Notes: generated from the sequence alone by a model not told the origin. A stretch of DNA of 63,586 nt, filler included, from Octopus bimaculoides (GCF_001194135.2; 3 parts of 2 records of this genome joined end to end with filler, not necessarily neighbours in it); one strand, 5' to 3'. Shown: positions 49,873-63,302, counted from the first letter of the whole stretch. Program-made: numbers and translations.

Positions 49873-52800
49873 TAGATGTTGTGATGCCTGATGTTCAGAA
49901 TGATCTCCCAAACCTTTAATTTGTGTGGAGTTCAAATTTTTTTCTTTATCCATTTTGTCGCAGACTTAATGTTTGGAACATCATCCATTAAGCTAAAACT
50001 TATTTGTGTCTTTGATGAATGAGAGACTTGCATTCCTGTGAGAAATAAATTTTGCAAGTTCACTCTTAGTTTGAGCTCTTGTACAAATACATGGAACCTG
50101 ATGATGACTGAATACTAAACCAATGGAAATGTTTTACATACACGAAAAAAAAAAGCAAAGGAAAAAAAAGGCAAAAAAATTTAAGTTAATACTCTACTCT
50201 CTTACAAACAAATGTTTTTCTCAGTACTAATAATACCTTATCTGAAATATCTCAGCATATAATTAAACTGTGTGTGCTTCCCAACATCTTTACAGCTTGG
50301 CTATATTAGCATTTGTACAAGTAAATAATATGATCTTTTATTGCTAGCTTCAGGAAGGAGAGCTACTGCCAAAAACTCATAAAGGCCCTTTCAACTTGGA
50401 GCCAAATATATCTATAATGTTCTCATACAGATTATTATCATGGTTTTAATATCCATTTTCTTTTTATGCTATCATAAGTTTGCATAACAGCATGTTTTGT
50501 TTTGTTTTTTTCATGCATATTGATCCTCTTATTTGTGTTTCCATCTGCTTCCATACCTAACCATAACATTATAACTGACTCCACATCCAATACTGATTAT
50601 GTATAAAATATGAAGAGCTAGATTTATATCCAAACCAGCTTGCTTTGCTCTCATAGCCCAGCTATATTTCTTTCTCAATGTTCTGCCATGCCAAGGATTC
50701 ATAATTCTTCCTTTTTAATATTTGATCAATCTAGATACTCAATTTTTGTTCATGAAATTCTATTACCACAATAAGTGCAGAGGAACAGTAACTGTCAGGA
50801 TCTGAGTCCACCTTACCCTCCCACCACTGCAGCCACCATTCGGTGACCACACTACAGATATTCAAATGCAAATTGGATAACAAAGAGAATGTAACGTATC
50901 CAGACTGTTATACTTCATCCTGCCTGATTCGTTGTTGTATGTCAGAGCATGATGTATAGTACTTAGCTATGCAGAAAACATGGTGTGTCTAGAGCAAAAG
51001 ATCTCCGGGTTTTCTCTTAGTTATTTGGCCAACTACTTGTTTGATATAGGCTTCCTTAATCAAAGCTCATTAAGGCTACAAAATAACCATTAACTAAAAT
51101 CGTTAACAACTATGCACATTGATCTGTAGGTGACCAACTTATGCAAATAAGAATGTTTGACAACTAAGTCGGCCAAGATAACTTGTTGAGAAAAGAATAC
51201 ATGAATTGTCTTGGATATTTTATTGCAATGAAAGACATTGTGTCTTTTCTGTAAAACTGACTCTGTTAAAGTCATCTTTGTTTTATGAATGAAATACAAA
51301 TTGTATGAAGCCTTTTATTGGCCGAGAGAATTGAAGAAAAGTGTCAGCAGTGACTAATCTTTGTAGTCATAAAAGGAGTCGGACGAAAGATGGGAAGGAA
51401 ACATTTATCTGTCAAACAGCTTAATAAATGGATCACAATAGAGAACAAATATCTAATGAATACTAGCAGTCACTGAAGTAAATTCTATAAATTATATCCT
51501 TCTTTTACAAGAACTGACCTCCTGCCTTGTCAAAAGAAATTGTTGTTTATCAGTTTTAGTGCAATAGTTTTGGTTTCAATTGTACAATGCCGAGTTAAAT
51601 GTTTTGTACTATTGAAGTGAAATAGCAGAATCCAAAGAAATTAGTGACAGTCTGTGGACTTAGGTCAATGCATAGGAAGTACGAATGGTTCACAAAGTGG
51701 AATTGGTTTGCTGTGAAGGAGTGGACAGATCTAATGTTTAGTGCATAGGGCTATTTCTTGGAATTCTACTTAGTATTTAATTTGGTATTTCTTTAGTTCT
51801 AAGTCTGGTTCATGCTGAGGTTTAGTTTTACAGTAGATCCAATAATTCACTAAGGTTCTTTTAATTCCATCTTTTGTTTCGGTCATTAGACTGGTTAGTT
51901 TTAAAATGTTCAGTCAAATAAGATTATCTTTGCATTTGGCAAACAAACACTTCCTCTAATGATATTTAAAATCTAAAGAAAACTAGCAAGGGACATAATT
52001 CTAATAAGGTCAGTTGATTCAATTTTTCGGTCAATACAAACAATCCACATTAGAGTGGATCTACTCTTTAGAGCCATCTAGTGAAAACAATCAGACAAAA
52101 CAAGTCTTATGCTGAATTAAGTAAAAAAAATATACAGACACTACAAAGATATAATGAAACGATGTTGTGAATCCATTAGTCAGAAAGAATTTCATTTAAA
52201 AATGTTAGAAATCCACTGAAGTCTACTTGCAGCAGCTGAAATACAACCAAACTACATTTGTTCAACGAGAGACAGTCATTTTTATCATCTAAACATTGAT
52301 TTTAAATCTAAAAACATAACTTTACATTTCATGATGATTTAAACTGTTCGTTTAAATACATTTATACATAAATTTTTGTATTTCCAAGTTTATAATTTTT
52401 CATTAAGATTTAGAAATTGGAAACAATTTTGTATGTTTTTGCATGAAAACTTACAACAAACTGTTTTAGAGGAAAATGTAGTTATAATTTCTGTCTCTTT
52501 ATCACTCAATAATGCTGGATTCTATTTTCTGTCTTGTATAAATTAATATGTAACCCCAAGTTGTCTCTGATTTGTAGTAATACTATGGGGCCATGCACTG
52601 TAATAGCATGCTGCTGCATCCACCATTTATTGGTGATTCCCTACTCCTGGTGGATGACCTTTAAACCATTCAGGCGACAATCCTCCAACCCATGGGTCTG
52701 TTTGGGTAGTCATTACTGATTAGGGTTTTATGAGGTCAGAGTGCAAATCCTACCTCAACCTTTTTTAGTCACCATATACGACATGCAAGAGGTTTATTCT

Positions 52801-53319
52801 TGCCCATGCCAATGCCACACAGCACATCTCTGATTGAGCAAACACAACCATGATTTATGATATTCCAGCTTTGTTGTCTTTACTTCACTTTTTGTATATC
52901 TTGAAATATATCGTCATGATGTCTCTTCTTAAAATGACATGGTGTACATTGAGGAAGATTTAGCTGTTATTTCTAATAGGTTGCATGACCATATCAATAT
53001 AGAGAATGTCTTGTTTTCTTGCTAAAGTAGTTGTTGGTTCTGTACAACATTTTAAATCTTCCTCTCCCTCCTCACCATCATCTTTTAATGTCCAACTTTT
53101 GTGAATCAAACAGAATTCGCTGAGCCAAATTTTCTATGACCAGAAATTCTTCTTGTTGCTAACTCTCACTTGTTTCTAAGAAAGATTATAGTTCCTCATG
53201 TCCAGACATGTTCCATGAACGATTGGCAACAAACAGCATTGCTTGTGTGACTGTGTCAAGAGAAGAGAAAGAGACATGTACACATCACTTGATAGATAGA
53301 TAGATAGATAGATAGATAA

Positions 53320-53458
53320 ACAAACAGACAAGAGCTTCTTACAGTTTCCATATACCAAATCCATTCACAAGGCGGCTTTGGTTGTCTGAAAGTTATAAGA
53401 GAAGATACTTGCTCAAGGTGCCACACAGTGGAACTGAAATTGTAACCACATGGTTGTG
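53320..53458 (-). mobile_element. SINE B head fragment abutting (GATA)n
   Basis: gcttcttacagtttccatataccaaatcc...cttgctcaaggtgccacacagtgg. Confidence 0.8.
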
Positions 53459-53854
53459 CTTTAACTTGTTTTAAATTAATGATTTAATACTCAAATCTGT
53501 GTGCATGGGTTCTCTTTTCAATTTGTTGTTTTCAGCTTCTTTAGAAACCTATTAAAAAAAGAAAAAGAAAAGAGAGAGGTTTAGAGAGGCTGTCTATACT
53601 GTTGTCACCTGGTTACATATGGCTACTTCGAAACTAATTAACTCAAGCCAATAACCATGGACTTTTAACTAAAATACTTTAAGAACTGACCAGTTATTTT
53701 AATTAGATATTCCATTCATGAGTGCCATGTGCTGACACTTGACATTCTCATGTCTTTTATTTAACTCTGTGTATATGTGTATGCGTGTGTAGATGTGTGT
53801 GTAGGGGGGATGTGTATGGCTTTGTGTGTATGACTCTTTACTCTTTTACTCTTT

Positions 53855-54053
53855 CACTTGTTTCAGTCATTTGACTGTGGCCATGTTGGAGCACCGCCTT
53901 TTAGTCGAGCAAATCCACCCCAGGACTTATTCTTTGTAAGCCTAGTACTTATTCTATCGGTCTCTTTTGCCGAACCACTAAGTTACGGGGATGTAAACAC
54001 ACCATCATCGGTTGTCAAACACATCGGGGACAAACACAGATACACAAACATAT

Positions 54054-54084
<31 letters not shown>

Positions 54085-54250
54085 CATATATACGATGGGC
54101 TTCTTTCAGTTTCCATCTACCAGATTCACTCACAAGGTTTTGGTTGGCCCGAGGCTATAGTAGAAGACACTTACCCAAGGTGCCATGCAGTGGGACTGAA
54201 CCTGGAACCATGTGATTGGTAAGCAAGCTACTTACCACACAGCCACTCCA
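53855..54250 (-). mobile_element. SINE family B, full length
   Basis: cttgtttcagtcatttgactgtggcc...cttaccacacagccactcc. Confidence 0.93.
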
Positions 54251-54964
54251 GGGTACCTAAATAGTGAAGAAGTTTGGTTTGCAAGTACAAGATATCAGGT
54301 TCAATCACATTGCATAACATGTCCAGGGGTCGATTTCTTCCACTAAAAGGTGGTGCTCCAGCATGGGCACAGTCAAAATGACTGAGACAAGTAAAAGAAT
54401 AAAAGAGAGTAATAATATATTTTGTGTATTGTTGAAGCGTAATCAATTCATTGCACATAAAATTTAACAACAAAATCTTATTTGGACCCACCCCAAGGGC
54501 CATATGACCCTGGTTGAGGACCACTGGTTTCGAATCATAATGACCTACTTGATAGAGTTCAAGAATGACAGGTTCAATTCTAATGATCACTCAAAATGAT
54601 TTATCATGTCCTTCTCCCATTTCATTTCATATAATTTGCTATCTTAAACTCTGTTTCTTATCACTTCTATATTGATTTTTATTTATTTGTTCAATTGTCT
54701 TTTTTTTTTTTTTTTTTTTTTGTTAATGATATTCGAAGAGATAGTTATGTTTCTGACTTCAAATCAATCTTTATTTATATCAATTAAAGTGATGCTGTAC
54801 TCTTATTTCGTAGTCATCATTACAGTCACGTGAGATATAAACAGCAGTCATTTCAGTACAGATATTGCTAATAATCTTTAGTCATAAATGTTGTGTGATC
54901 TCATTTTTCCCTTTCATCGTGCATCAGATGTTTTATGCTGTTGAATTCTCATTTAAGTAAATGC

Positions 54965-55100
54965 TGCACATGACCTGATGGTTAGGGTGTTTGGTTCAAC
55001 ATTCTAAGGTCATTGGTTCAATTCCTTGACCTGGCTTCACATTATGTCCTTGAGCAAGGTACTTCCTTCCATGTGGCTCTAGTCTATTAGCTAAAAATGA
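54965..55100 (+). mobile_element. SINE family D fragment
   Basis: tgatggttagggtgtttgg...gtccttgagcaaggtacttc. Confidence 0.7.
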
Positions 55101-55776
55101 ATAACAGGTAACTGCTGGTGCATCTCTCTCTCTCTCTCTTTCTTTCTCTCTCTCTCTCTCATCCTCAATATTTTATTCCCCCTCCTCAATGCATTCATCA
55201 TCATCATCGTCATCAATTTTAAATTTCACTTTTCCATGCTTGCATGTCAGATTTTGTTGAGGCAGATTTTCTTTGGCTAGATGCCTTTCCTGTCACCAAC
55301 CATCACCAGTTTCCAGGCTAGATATACATAACCCCATTTGTGTTCTTTTTATACCGACACTGCACTTAGAACCAATGTTGAGTCAGATCTATGATTTCAA
55401 TTGGATCTGGTACTTACATATCTACATATGATACCTTTACGGTTATTTTACCTCACTGTGAACCCTATGTTATTGTACCTAGCCAGTTCTGGCATCCTAC
55501 ATCTTGATGTGCCTAGATTCTAACGAATCCTATAATTAATATATATATTAATAGTTATTGCCAAGCTAACATGGCAATCCAAAAAATTAGGATGAATGCT
55601 GCCATTGATTAGCTCCAAGAGGCCATCACCTCTATCTAGTTATGTGACACACGAACCTGTGTTCATTGTAGGAAAATGTGTGATTTAGCACTTGCTGGGT
55701 GCTTCACAATTCCTTATATAGTTCATAGAAGGAAAAGGGTTAAATGAGTATAAGTGTCAGAAGGAAAAGAGATATC

Positions 55777-55824
<48 letters not shown>

Positions 55825-55837
55825 TGCACACATACAC

Positions 55838-55925
55838 ATGACAGGCTTCTTCCAGTTTCCATCTATCAAATCCACTCACAATGCTTTGGTTGGCCTGAGG
55901 CTATAGTAGACGACACCTTGCCCAA
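55838..55925 (-). mobile_element. SINE B fragment abutting (CA)n
   Basis: gacaggcttcttccagtttccatctatcaaatccactcac. Confidence 0.8.
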
Positions 55926-56339
55926 ATAACCTTGCACTTCATTTTAGAAGCTCTGAAGAAACTATAAGGTGATGCTCAAGCACTCATCTCTGAGTGCACT
56001 GTATTTAAATCAGAAACAGCTGTAAGCTAATGAAATTCATTGCATAATTTCCTGTTTCCTTGTCATTTTTTAAAACTTCATTTACAGTACGTATGTGTAT
56101 ATATAATATTTCATTTGAACTGAGAAACTGCCATGTACATTGATTTAGCTAAGACCCGCATGGATATGTACAATATTCCATAATTCAAAATACAAAACCT
56201 GGCTTGAAGGACTGACTTAGCTTCTGATGTATTATTTACCCTCCAACATGTAGCTTTTGTCAACTCATCTTCTCACATGAGGCTTTTTGATAACTACCTT
56301 CCTACCACATGTAACTTTTTTTATGTCTAACCTTCCTAC

Positions 56340-56515
56340 CAAATGCTTAATGGCATTTTCCATCTTTACATTCTGAGTTCAAATGCCACCAGGGTTGATT
56401 TTGCCTTTTACCCTTATGGGATCAATAAAATAAGTACCAGCTGAGCACTGGGGTCTATGTAATTGACTTACCCCACTTCGAAATTGCTGGCCTTGTGCCA
56501 AAATTTGAAACCATT
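56340..56515 (+). mobile_element. SINE family A copy
   Basis: aaatgcttaatggcatttt...gccaaaatttgaaaccatt. Confidence 0.85.
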
Positions 56516-56689
56516 TTATAACTAACTCTCTAACATGTAATCGTTTGATGATTTACTGTCAAACATGTGACTTTACACTTCACTCATGGTATGTTTGTTC
56601 ATTTAATCAACTTGCTACTACCACCACCACCATCTGTATATCACTATTACCACCACCATTACTTTATTAAAAAAATAAATGTGCCCTTT

Positions 56690-56918
56690 TAAAGCCTAGC
56701 CAAGCTCATGGGCCCGGTTTCAATGGCGTATGTGTTTCCTAGCTGGATGGGAAGCCAGTCCATCACAGCGTTACTCATTTTTGCCAGCTGAGTGGACTGG
56801 AGCAACGTGAAATGAAGTGTTTTGCTCAAGAACACAACGCGTAACCTGGTCCAGGAATCGAAACCACAATCTTACAATCATGATGCTGACACCCTAACCA
56901 CTAAACTACACACCTCCA
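56690..56918 (-). mobile_element. SINE family D copy
   Basis: Minus strand tggaggtgtgtagtttagtggttagggtgtcagc...ttcgattcctggacc...gtgttcttgagcaaaacacttc. Confidence 0.88.
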
Positions 56919-57494
56919 CCACCATTGCTTTATACCACCACCAAAACACCATCTTCTAATAACATCATTCATGTTAAGTACAAATGAACTCTAGTGGAGA
57001 AAACTATAACACAATACAACACCAGCACATGCAATGTACACAAACAAGAACAAAACACAACAGACAACACTTTCATATCCAATAGAAAAAGAAAAAACCA
57101 TTCCAATTAATACAATTTCCTGTGTGAATTGCTTGCAATTTCATTCCTCTTTTATAATCCCTTCATTCTGGTTGTCAGAGTTCAGAAAAATAATCTATCC
57201 TTAAGACTGCCAACAAATTATGCAGAAAACTATGGTGTTTCTATTTGCCATGGTGACTGATTTAAGTATTTCAGCTTCTTCCCCTTAGAATATTCAGCTA
57301 TAGTAATCTTCCATTGAAGAATATTTATTATTGTTAAATCTGTTTGGATGATTTGTTATGAAAAGAGTTTCACTGAAAAATCATTATGAAAACACGGCTT
57401 TATTAGATTTCCCTTTTGTCTAAATTTTTATGCCAGACCTACATTGGTACAACTAAACTATTCTCTTCGGCTTATTTCTCCCCCTTTCTGTCCA

Positions 57495-57517
57495 TTTCTC
57501 TCTCTCTCTCTCTCTCC

Positions 57518-57571
<54 letters not shown>

Positions 57572-57815
57572 CTCTTTCTTTCTTTCTTTGATTTTCTGTT
57601 ATTTAAGTTTCTCTCTCTCTTCTTCCTCTCCTCTCTCTCACTCTCTGCTCTCTCTCTCTCTCTCTCTTCCCTCTCTCTCTCTTCCCTTTCTCTCTCTCCC
57701 AACTTTGTCTCTTCTTCACAGTTATCTTTCTTTCCTCTCTCTATTTGTTCTAAAATACACACATACACAACATGCACGCACGCATGCACACATGTACACA
57801 CACACACACACACAC
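57495..57815. repeat. (TC)n(TA)n(TG)n, TC-rich low complexity and (CA)n
   Basis: Direct reading. Confidence 0.92.
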
Positions 57816-58046
57816 TCCATTTATTTCTTGCTGAACAATATCAATGAATGGTGATTTTATTTAAACCACCATTTTGTTTAATAGTTTGAGATAAGTAGTT
57901 TGTAGGAAGTAACAAAAAGTTACACTTAAAAACGTTTACTTAACTGAGTTTGTGATGTGTGTCTGTATATGTGTGTGCGCATCTGTGTCTGTGTATATAT
58001 TATATGTGTGTGTGCGAATGCTTTTTACATATATATTCTTTTATTA

Positions 58047-58393
58047 TTTTACTTGTTTCAGTCAGTTGACTGCGGCCATGCTGGAGCACCGTCTTTAGTC
58101 AAGCAAATCGACCCTAGGACTTATTCTTTGTAAGCCTAGTACTTATTCTATCTGTCTCTTTGGCCGAACTGCTAAGTTACAGGGATGTAAACACACCAGC
58201 ATCGGTTGTCAAGCAATATTGGGGGGGGGGGGACAAACACAAACACACACACACACGACAGGCTTCTTTCAGTATACATCTACCAAATCCACTCGCATGA
58301 CTTTGGTTGGCCCAACGCTATTGTAGAAGACACTTGCCCAAGGTTCCATGCAGTGGGACTGAACCCTGAGCCATGTGGTTGTTAAACAAGCTT
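58047..58393 (-). mobile_element. SINE family B, full length
   Basis: tttacttgtttcagtcagttgactgcggcc...cttaccacacaaccactcct. Confidence 0.92.
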
Positions 58394-58579
58394 CTTACCA
58401 CACAACCACTCCTATCAGAGTGTAAAATAGTTGTAAAATAAACACATCATCATCATCATCATTTTATACTCATTTTTCCATGCTGGCATGGGTTGAACAG
58501 ATCATCGAAGTCCACCTCTGTTGTTATTCGAGTTGCACTGACATGTCCCATGTGTTTGTATGATTTTTGTAATTATATG

Positions 58580-59217
58580 GGATCTAGTTTAAAACGGGGG
58601 GCACCAGTATGTTCTTAACGAAACACTAACGAAACACTTTGAAACTTGGGACACTGGTAGAATGTGTCATATAAAACATCTTTTACTCTTAGTCTTCTTA
58701 ACAAAAAAAAGGAATTCGCAAGTTATTCCATGTTAAAGTTGTCGTATTTCTGCAATTTCAACCAATCACTGACGTCTATTCAGCTGAATAGAGTTACTGC
58801 TGGGCGGTCATAAAAATGTTATTCCCTGTGACATATTTCATCCGGTTTAATCATAATTTATACGCATATATTGTTTATATAATAAATTACGCTGTGCGTA
58901 GCTATGTGTGTAACAATTTTAGAGTTCGGATTCTAGAGTTAGGGTTAGGGTTAACAGTCTAGTTAGGGTTAGGGTTAGGGTATTAATACGATATACACTG
59001 TTACAGCGCTAACTGTTTTCAACTGAATAGACGTCAATGATTAGTAGAAATTATCGAAATAAGACAATTTTTTACATGAAATAAATTCGAATACAAAAAT
59101 TTTTTTCTGTTCTATAACACAAAATAGATAAGTATACGAAGTTTGAAAGTCTTTCGGTACCAAAAACACTACATAAAACATAAATGAAAACTGGTGCCCC
59201 CGTTTTGAACAAGATCC
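58580..59217. mobile_element. Unclassified 638-bp foldback element: 28/29-bp TIRs, inner inverted arms, (TTAGGG)n core, 18-bp TSD
   Basis: GGATCTAGTTTAAAACGGGGGGCACCAGT (58580-58608) / ACTGGTGCCCCCGTTTTGAACAAGATCC (59190-59217); GATTTTTGTAATTATATG at 58562-58579 and 59218-59235. Confidence 0.92.
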
Positions 59218-59914
59218 GATTTTTGTAATTATATGTCCTTCCTATTGCCATCATCTTCACAGAATGCACCGTAGTTTGTTGCCATAAAGAAATATATCCT
59301 TTTTTTTTTCTGGGTTTTTGTTATTGCAATAAAAACTATGGAAATGGAATAATTTCTTTGGAAATCTATGCTCCTTTTGATTTCTGGTTGGAAGCATGTC
59401 ACCTAATAAGACCCTTACATTTTGTCTAAGACATTTATAATCAAAGACAATGTGACTAAGATGTGTTCACCTGCTAAGATCCTTTTTCCAACTATTGAAG
59501 ACTCTTTAACCTACCATCTAATTGCCATTACATATAATTTTCATAAAGGTGTAAACACAGTTTTTTAACCCTGTGCCGTGAAAAAGTGTGAAGGGGGAAA
59601 TTTTCCATGGGTACTAAGGACAAAGGGGGCAATGTATACACCTGTACTGTTTCATTGTTTTTTAGTCTTTGTCTCTTATTTAAATATTAAATTTTAATAA
59701 GTATTAAATGTAATATTATAATATACTGTTTGTCAAGCCACAGTCACAACCACAACAGCAATAATAACAGATTTCTAAATGAGAATAAGTAAATAAATAA
59801 TTGCCCTAATTTTTCAAAAATGCTTTCAATTTTTATTCTCTGTGAGTGAATCACCTGTTTCGGTGGCAATCAACCTGTCACCAACAATTTTTTGTGATGT
59901 ATTTAATTTTGTTG

Positions 59915-60014
59915 NNNNNNNNNNNNNNNNNNNNNNNNNNNNNNNNNNNNNNNNNNNNTTAATTAATTAANNNNNNNNNNNNNNNNNNNNNNNNNNNNNN
60001 NNNNNNNNNNNNNN
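59915..60014. other. Artificial scaffold spacer N44-TTAATTAATTAA-N44
   Basis: Same as 28171-28270. Confidence 0.95.
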
Positions 60015-60143
60015 CATATATACACATACATATACTTATACATGTATATATACATTTATATACATACATATAGACATATATCTATGTATATTTATATATA
60101 TATGTGTGTATGTGCATATGAATAGGTGTGTATGTATGTGTAC

Positions 60144-60190
<47 letters not shown>

Positions 60191-60354
60191 TGCGTATAAA
60201 TATGTGCGTTTGTGGGTGTTTGTGTGTGCACGTGTGCATGTGTGTATACGCATATGCACACATACCCAATACCATTTTAGTAAATTTTCCTACTTAATTT
60301 TCATTTCCTATCATAACTAGTCTTTCTAATATTTAAATATATATGTATCCCGAT

Positions 60355-60485
60355 GGGGGTCGGCTTTGCCTTTCATCCTTTCAGGGTTAATAAACTAATT
60401 ACCAGTTGAGCACTGGGTTCAATGTAATCAACCTACTCATTTCCCCGAAATTGTTGGCCTTGTGCCAAAATTTGAGTCCGATTTT
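60355..60485 (+). mobile_element. SINE family A 3' part
   Basis: gtcggctttgcctttcatcctttcagggttaataaac...ccttgtgccaaaatttga. Confidence 0.85.
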
Positions 60486-62175
60486 TAAATATGTTAATGC
60501 GTGTATGAGAGAAAATTTGGAAGCCATGCACAATATTTTGAAACCATTCCTTTCCCTCTTATCAGTAATATACTTCATAACTATAGTAAATTTTCTCATT
60601 ACTTCGGTGTATACTTGGTAACTTCTAAGTTTATCCAGCAGATGTCATCCTGCTTGGCTAAAGAGCTCTGACAAGATCGAAATATCTCTGTTGCCTTCAG
60701 TATTTCGCTGTCAATGCAATATTCACTCCCTGCTTCATTGTCTGGATATTTCAAAAGTTTGTGTTGCTTTGTTTTTAGCATTGGAGTTGTCTGTCTTTGT
60801 TGTTGTTACTAGATTTTAAACTCATTTAGCAAGTGAATTTCTCTTCTCCTTGAACATATAATCTCAGTTATAGTGAGACGGGTCATGCGTGGTGTGTGTG
60901 TGTGTACATACTTACCTTCTTATGGATATAATATACACATATATACGCACTCATACATACACACACTCATATACGAGTGAATGGACAAACGATAGAAGGG
61001 CACTCAACACATTTATTGGGAGTTACATGTATGGATCAAAACAGTTTGATTCAAATTAGCCTGATGCTAATCTTCAGCCATTATGAATTTGAATGTTCAT
61101 TGTTATTACCATAAGGTGAGCTGCGATTGGTCGAGGAAGGTCACGCGGTGCAGCAGTTTGATGTTGGTATACCAGCGACAAGTTATTTGGAAAATACCGC
61201 ACGGTGAACAGGAAACCGATCGCGTGGTGGACAGGAAATCGGTCATGTGACTGGAGGAGAAGTAGGAAGGTGTGTGCAAGTATATACGCCTATATGGGAG
61301 TATGTGAACGTGCTCATGGTTTTGCTTGTATGTCTGTACAAGAAAGAATGCTATTTAACCTGGCATTATGATTTCGAATTTAGCGCCAAAAGCACTCGAT
61401 TTTCTTCAACAAGCATATATTGTAAGTAAATTACCAGTATTACTATGAGTAAATGCAGCTGAAGACAACCGTGTGCTTTAGGTGCTATATTCGAAATCAT
61501 GATACCAGGTTAACTAGCATTCCATTTTGCAATTTTTCAGTGGTAAGACACAATCCTTTTTTTCAACCATGCCTGTAAAAATTAATCATAAATCTTGTGA
61601 CTTCGGAGTGTTTATGACTCCTATTTTTAGCTAAACTGGTGCTTTTTAGTGCCCTGATGTTATATACATATTTATATATATTTATATATATATCTATTGA
61701 TTTTGCCTCTACGGTTTTATGCTTGCCGCCACTAATATTATTTATCTCTAATGTTCTCTCTCTCTCTCTNNNNNNNNNNNNNNNNNNNNNNNNNNNNNNN
61801 NNNNNNNNNNNNNNNNNNNNNNNNNNNNNNNNNNNNNNNNNNNNNNNNNNNNNNNNNNNNNNNNNNNNNNNNNNNNNNNNNNNNNNNNNNNNNNNNNNNN
61901 NNNNNNNNNNNNNNNNNNNNNNNNNNNNNNNNNNNNNNNNNNNNNNNNNNNNNNNNNNNNNNNNNNNNNNNNNNNNNNNNNNNNNNNNNNNNNNNNNNNN
62001 NNNNNNNNNNNNNNNNNNNNNNNNNNNNNNNNNNNNNNNNNNNNNNNNNNNNNNNNNNNNNNNNNNNNNNNNNNNNNNNNNNNNNNNNNNNNNNNNNNNN
62101 NNNNNNNNNNNNNNNNNNNNNNNNNNNNNNNNNNNNNNNNNNNNNNNNNNNNNNNNNNNNNNNNNNNNNNNNNNN

Positions 62176-62176
<1 letters not shown>

Positions 62177-62218
<42 letters not shown>

Positions 62219-62382
62219 TATATGCATATATATGTGTATATATGTATACATATACATATTATAGATGTATATATATATATATGTATGTATGTATATATAT
62301 GCGTACATATATATACATACATATATATATATAGATGTATGTATATGCATATATGTACGTATATATATTCCAATAGACAGAC

Positions 62383-62414
<32 letters not shown>

Positions 62415-62470
62415 GCATATATACATACATACATACATACATACAGACTTACATACATATATACATACAT
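62177..62470. repeat. (TA)n, (GATA)n, (ACAT)n next to a large N gap (61770-62176)
   Basis: Direct reading. Confidence 0.95.
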
Positions 62471-63261
62471 TTGAATCTCTGTTGGTAAACATCTATGGAA
62501 GTCCTAGTTAGGGGAACAATCCACTTATATTTACTTTGAAGTCTTTGTATGAATTTACACGGGTGCAGTTACATAAGCAAACAGATGGAGTAACCATAAG
62601 TCATCAGTTACGTCCCCTCTCTTTTACCCAACTTCCGGAGATGGGATTTGAATAACAATATTTTTACAATCTAACAATAATACTGCAAGCACCGAAATGA
62701 TAAGCTGATCCGCTGTTTGCAGTTGCCAAACGCATTAAGCACAGGGCGAAACAATTTACGAAACAGATGCTAATAAGACAGCGTTTGCATAGATTTCGGG
62801 ATGTACTCGGAAGCATATTCAATACTCGCATTCAAGGATGTTCACAATATACGGGTGATACTTCTATCTTGAGAAAAAAAAGTTTCCACTCAGATCCTTT
62901 CCATACTTGCTAAGAATTTGAGACCGATCTTAATTGTGTATACACACCATGTCAATTAGTTTGCGTAAATAGAAGTGTTGTAAAAACATTATATACTATA
63001 AGACGTCTGAAAGTTTATAGAATCCTCCATTGTCATCACTGTAGTGTAGATGAAAAACAGAAAATAAAAGAATGCATATATTCTCCAAATTGCTCAAAGC
63101 ACTGTTTCTTTAAAATTCATTTGTAACAATGATAATTGCCAAGAATAACAACGCTAATTTTATAAGATACAATAACACACTCTCCATCACCAATTTGAAC
63201 TTTATTCACCTGTATTGTTGTAACTATTATTATTTTAATATTATTGTAGTCTTTGCCGCTG

Positions 63262-63265
63262 TTGT

Positions 63266-63302
<37 letters not shown>

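Noticed and set aside
58938-58981. Chromosome end or telomere-healing site
   Set aside because: The TTAGGG runs are short and internal to a TSD-bounded element.
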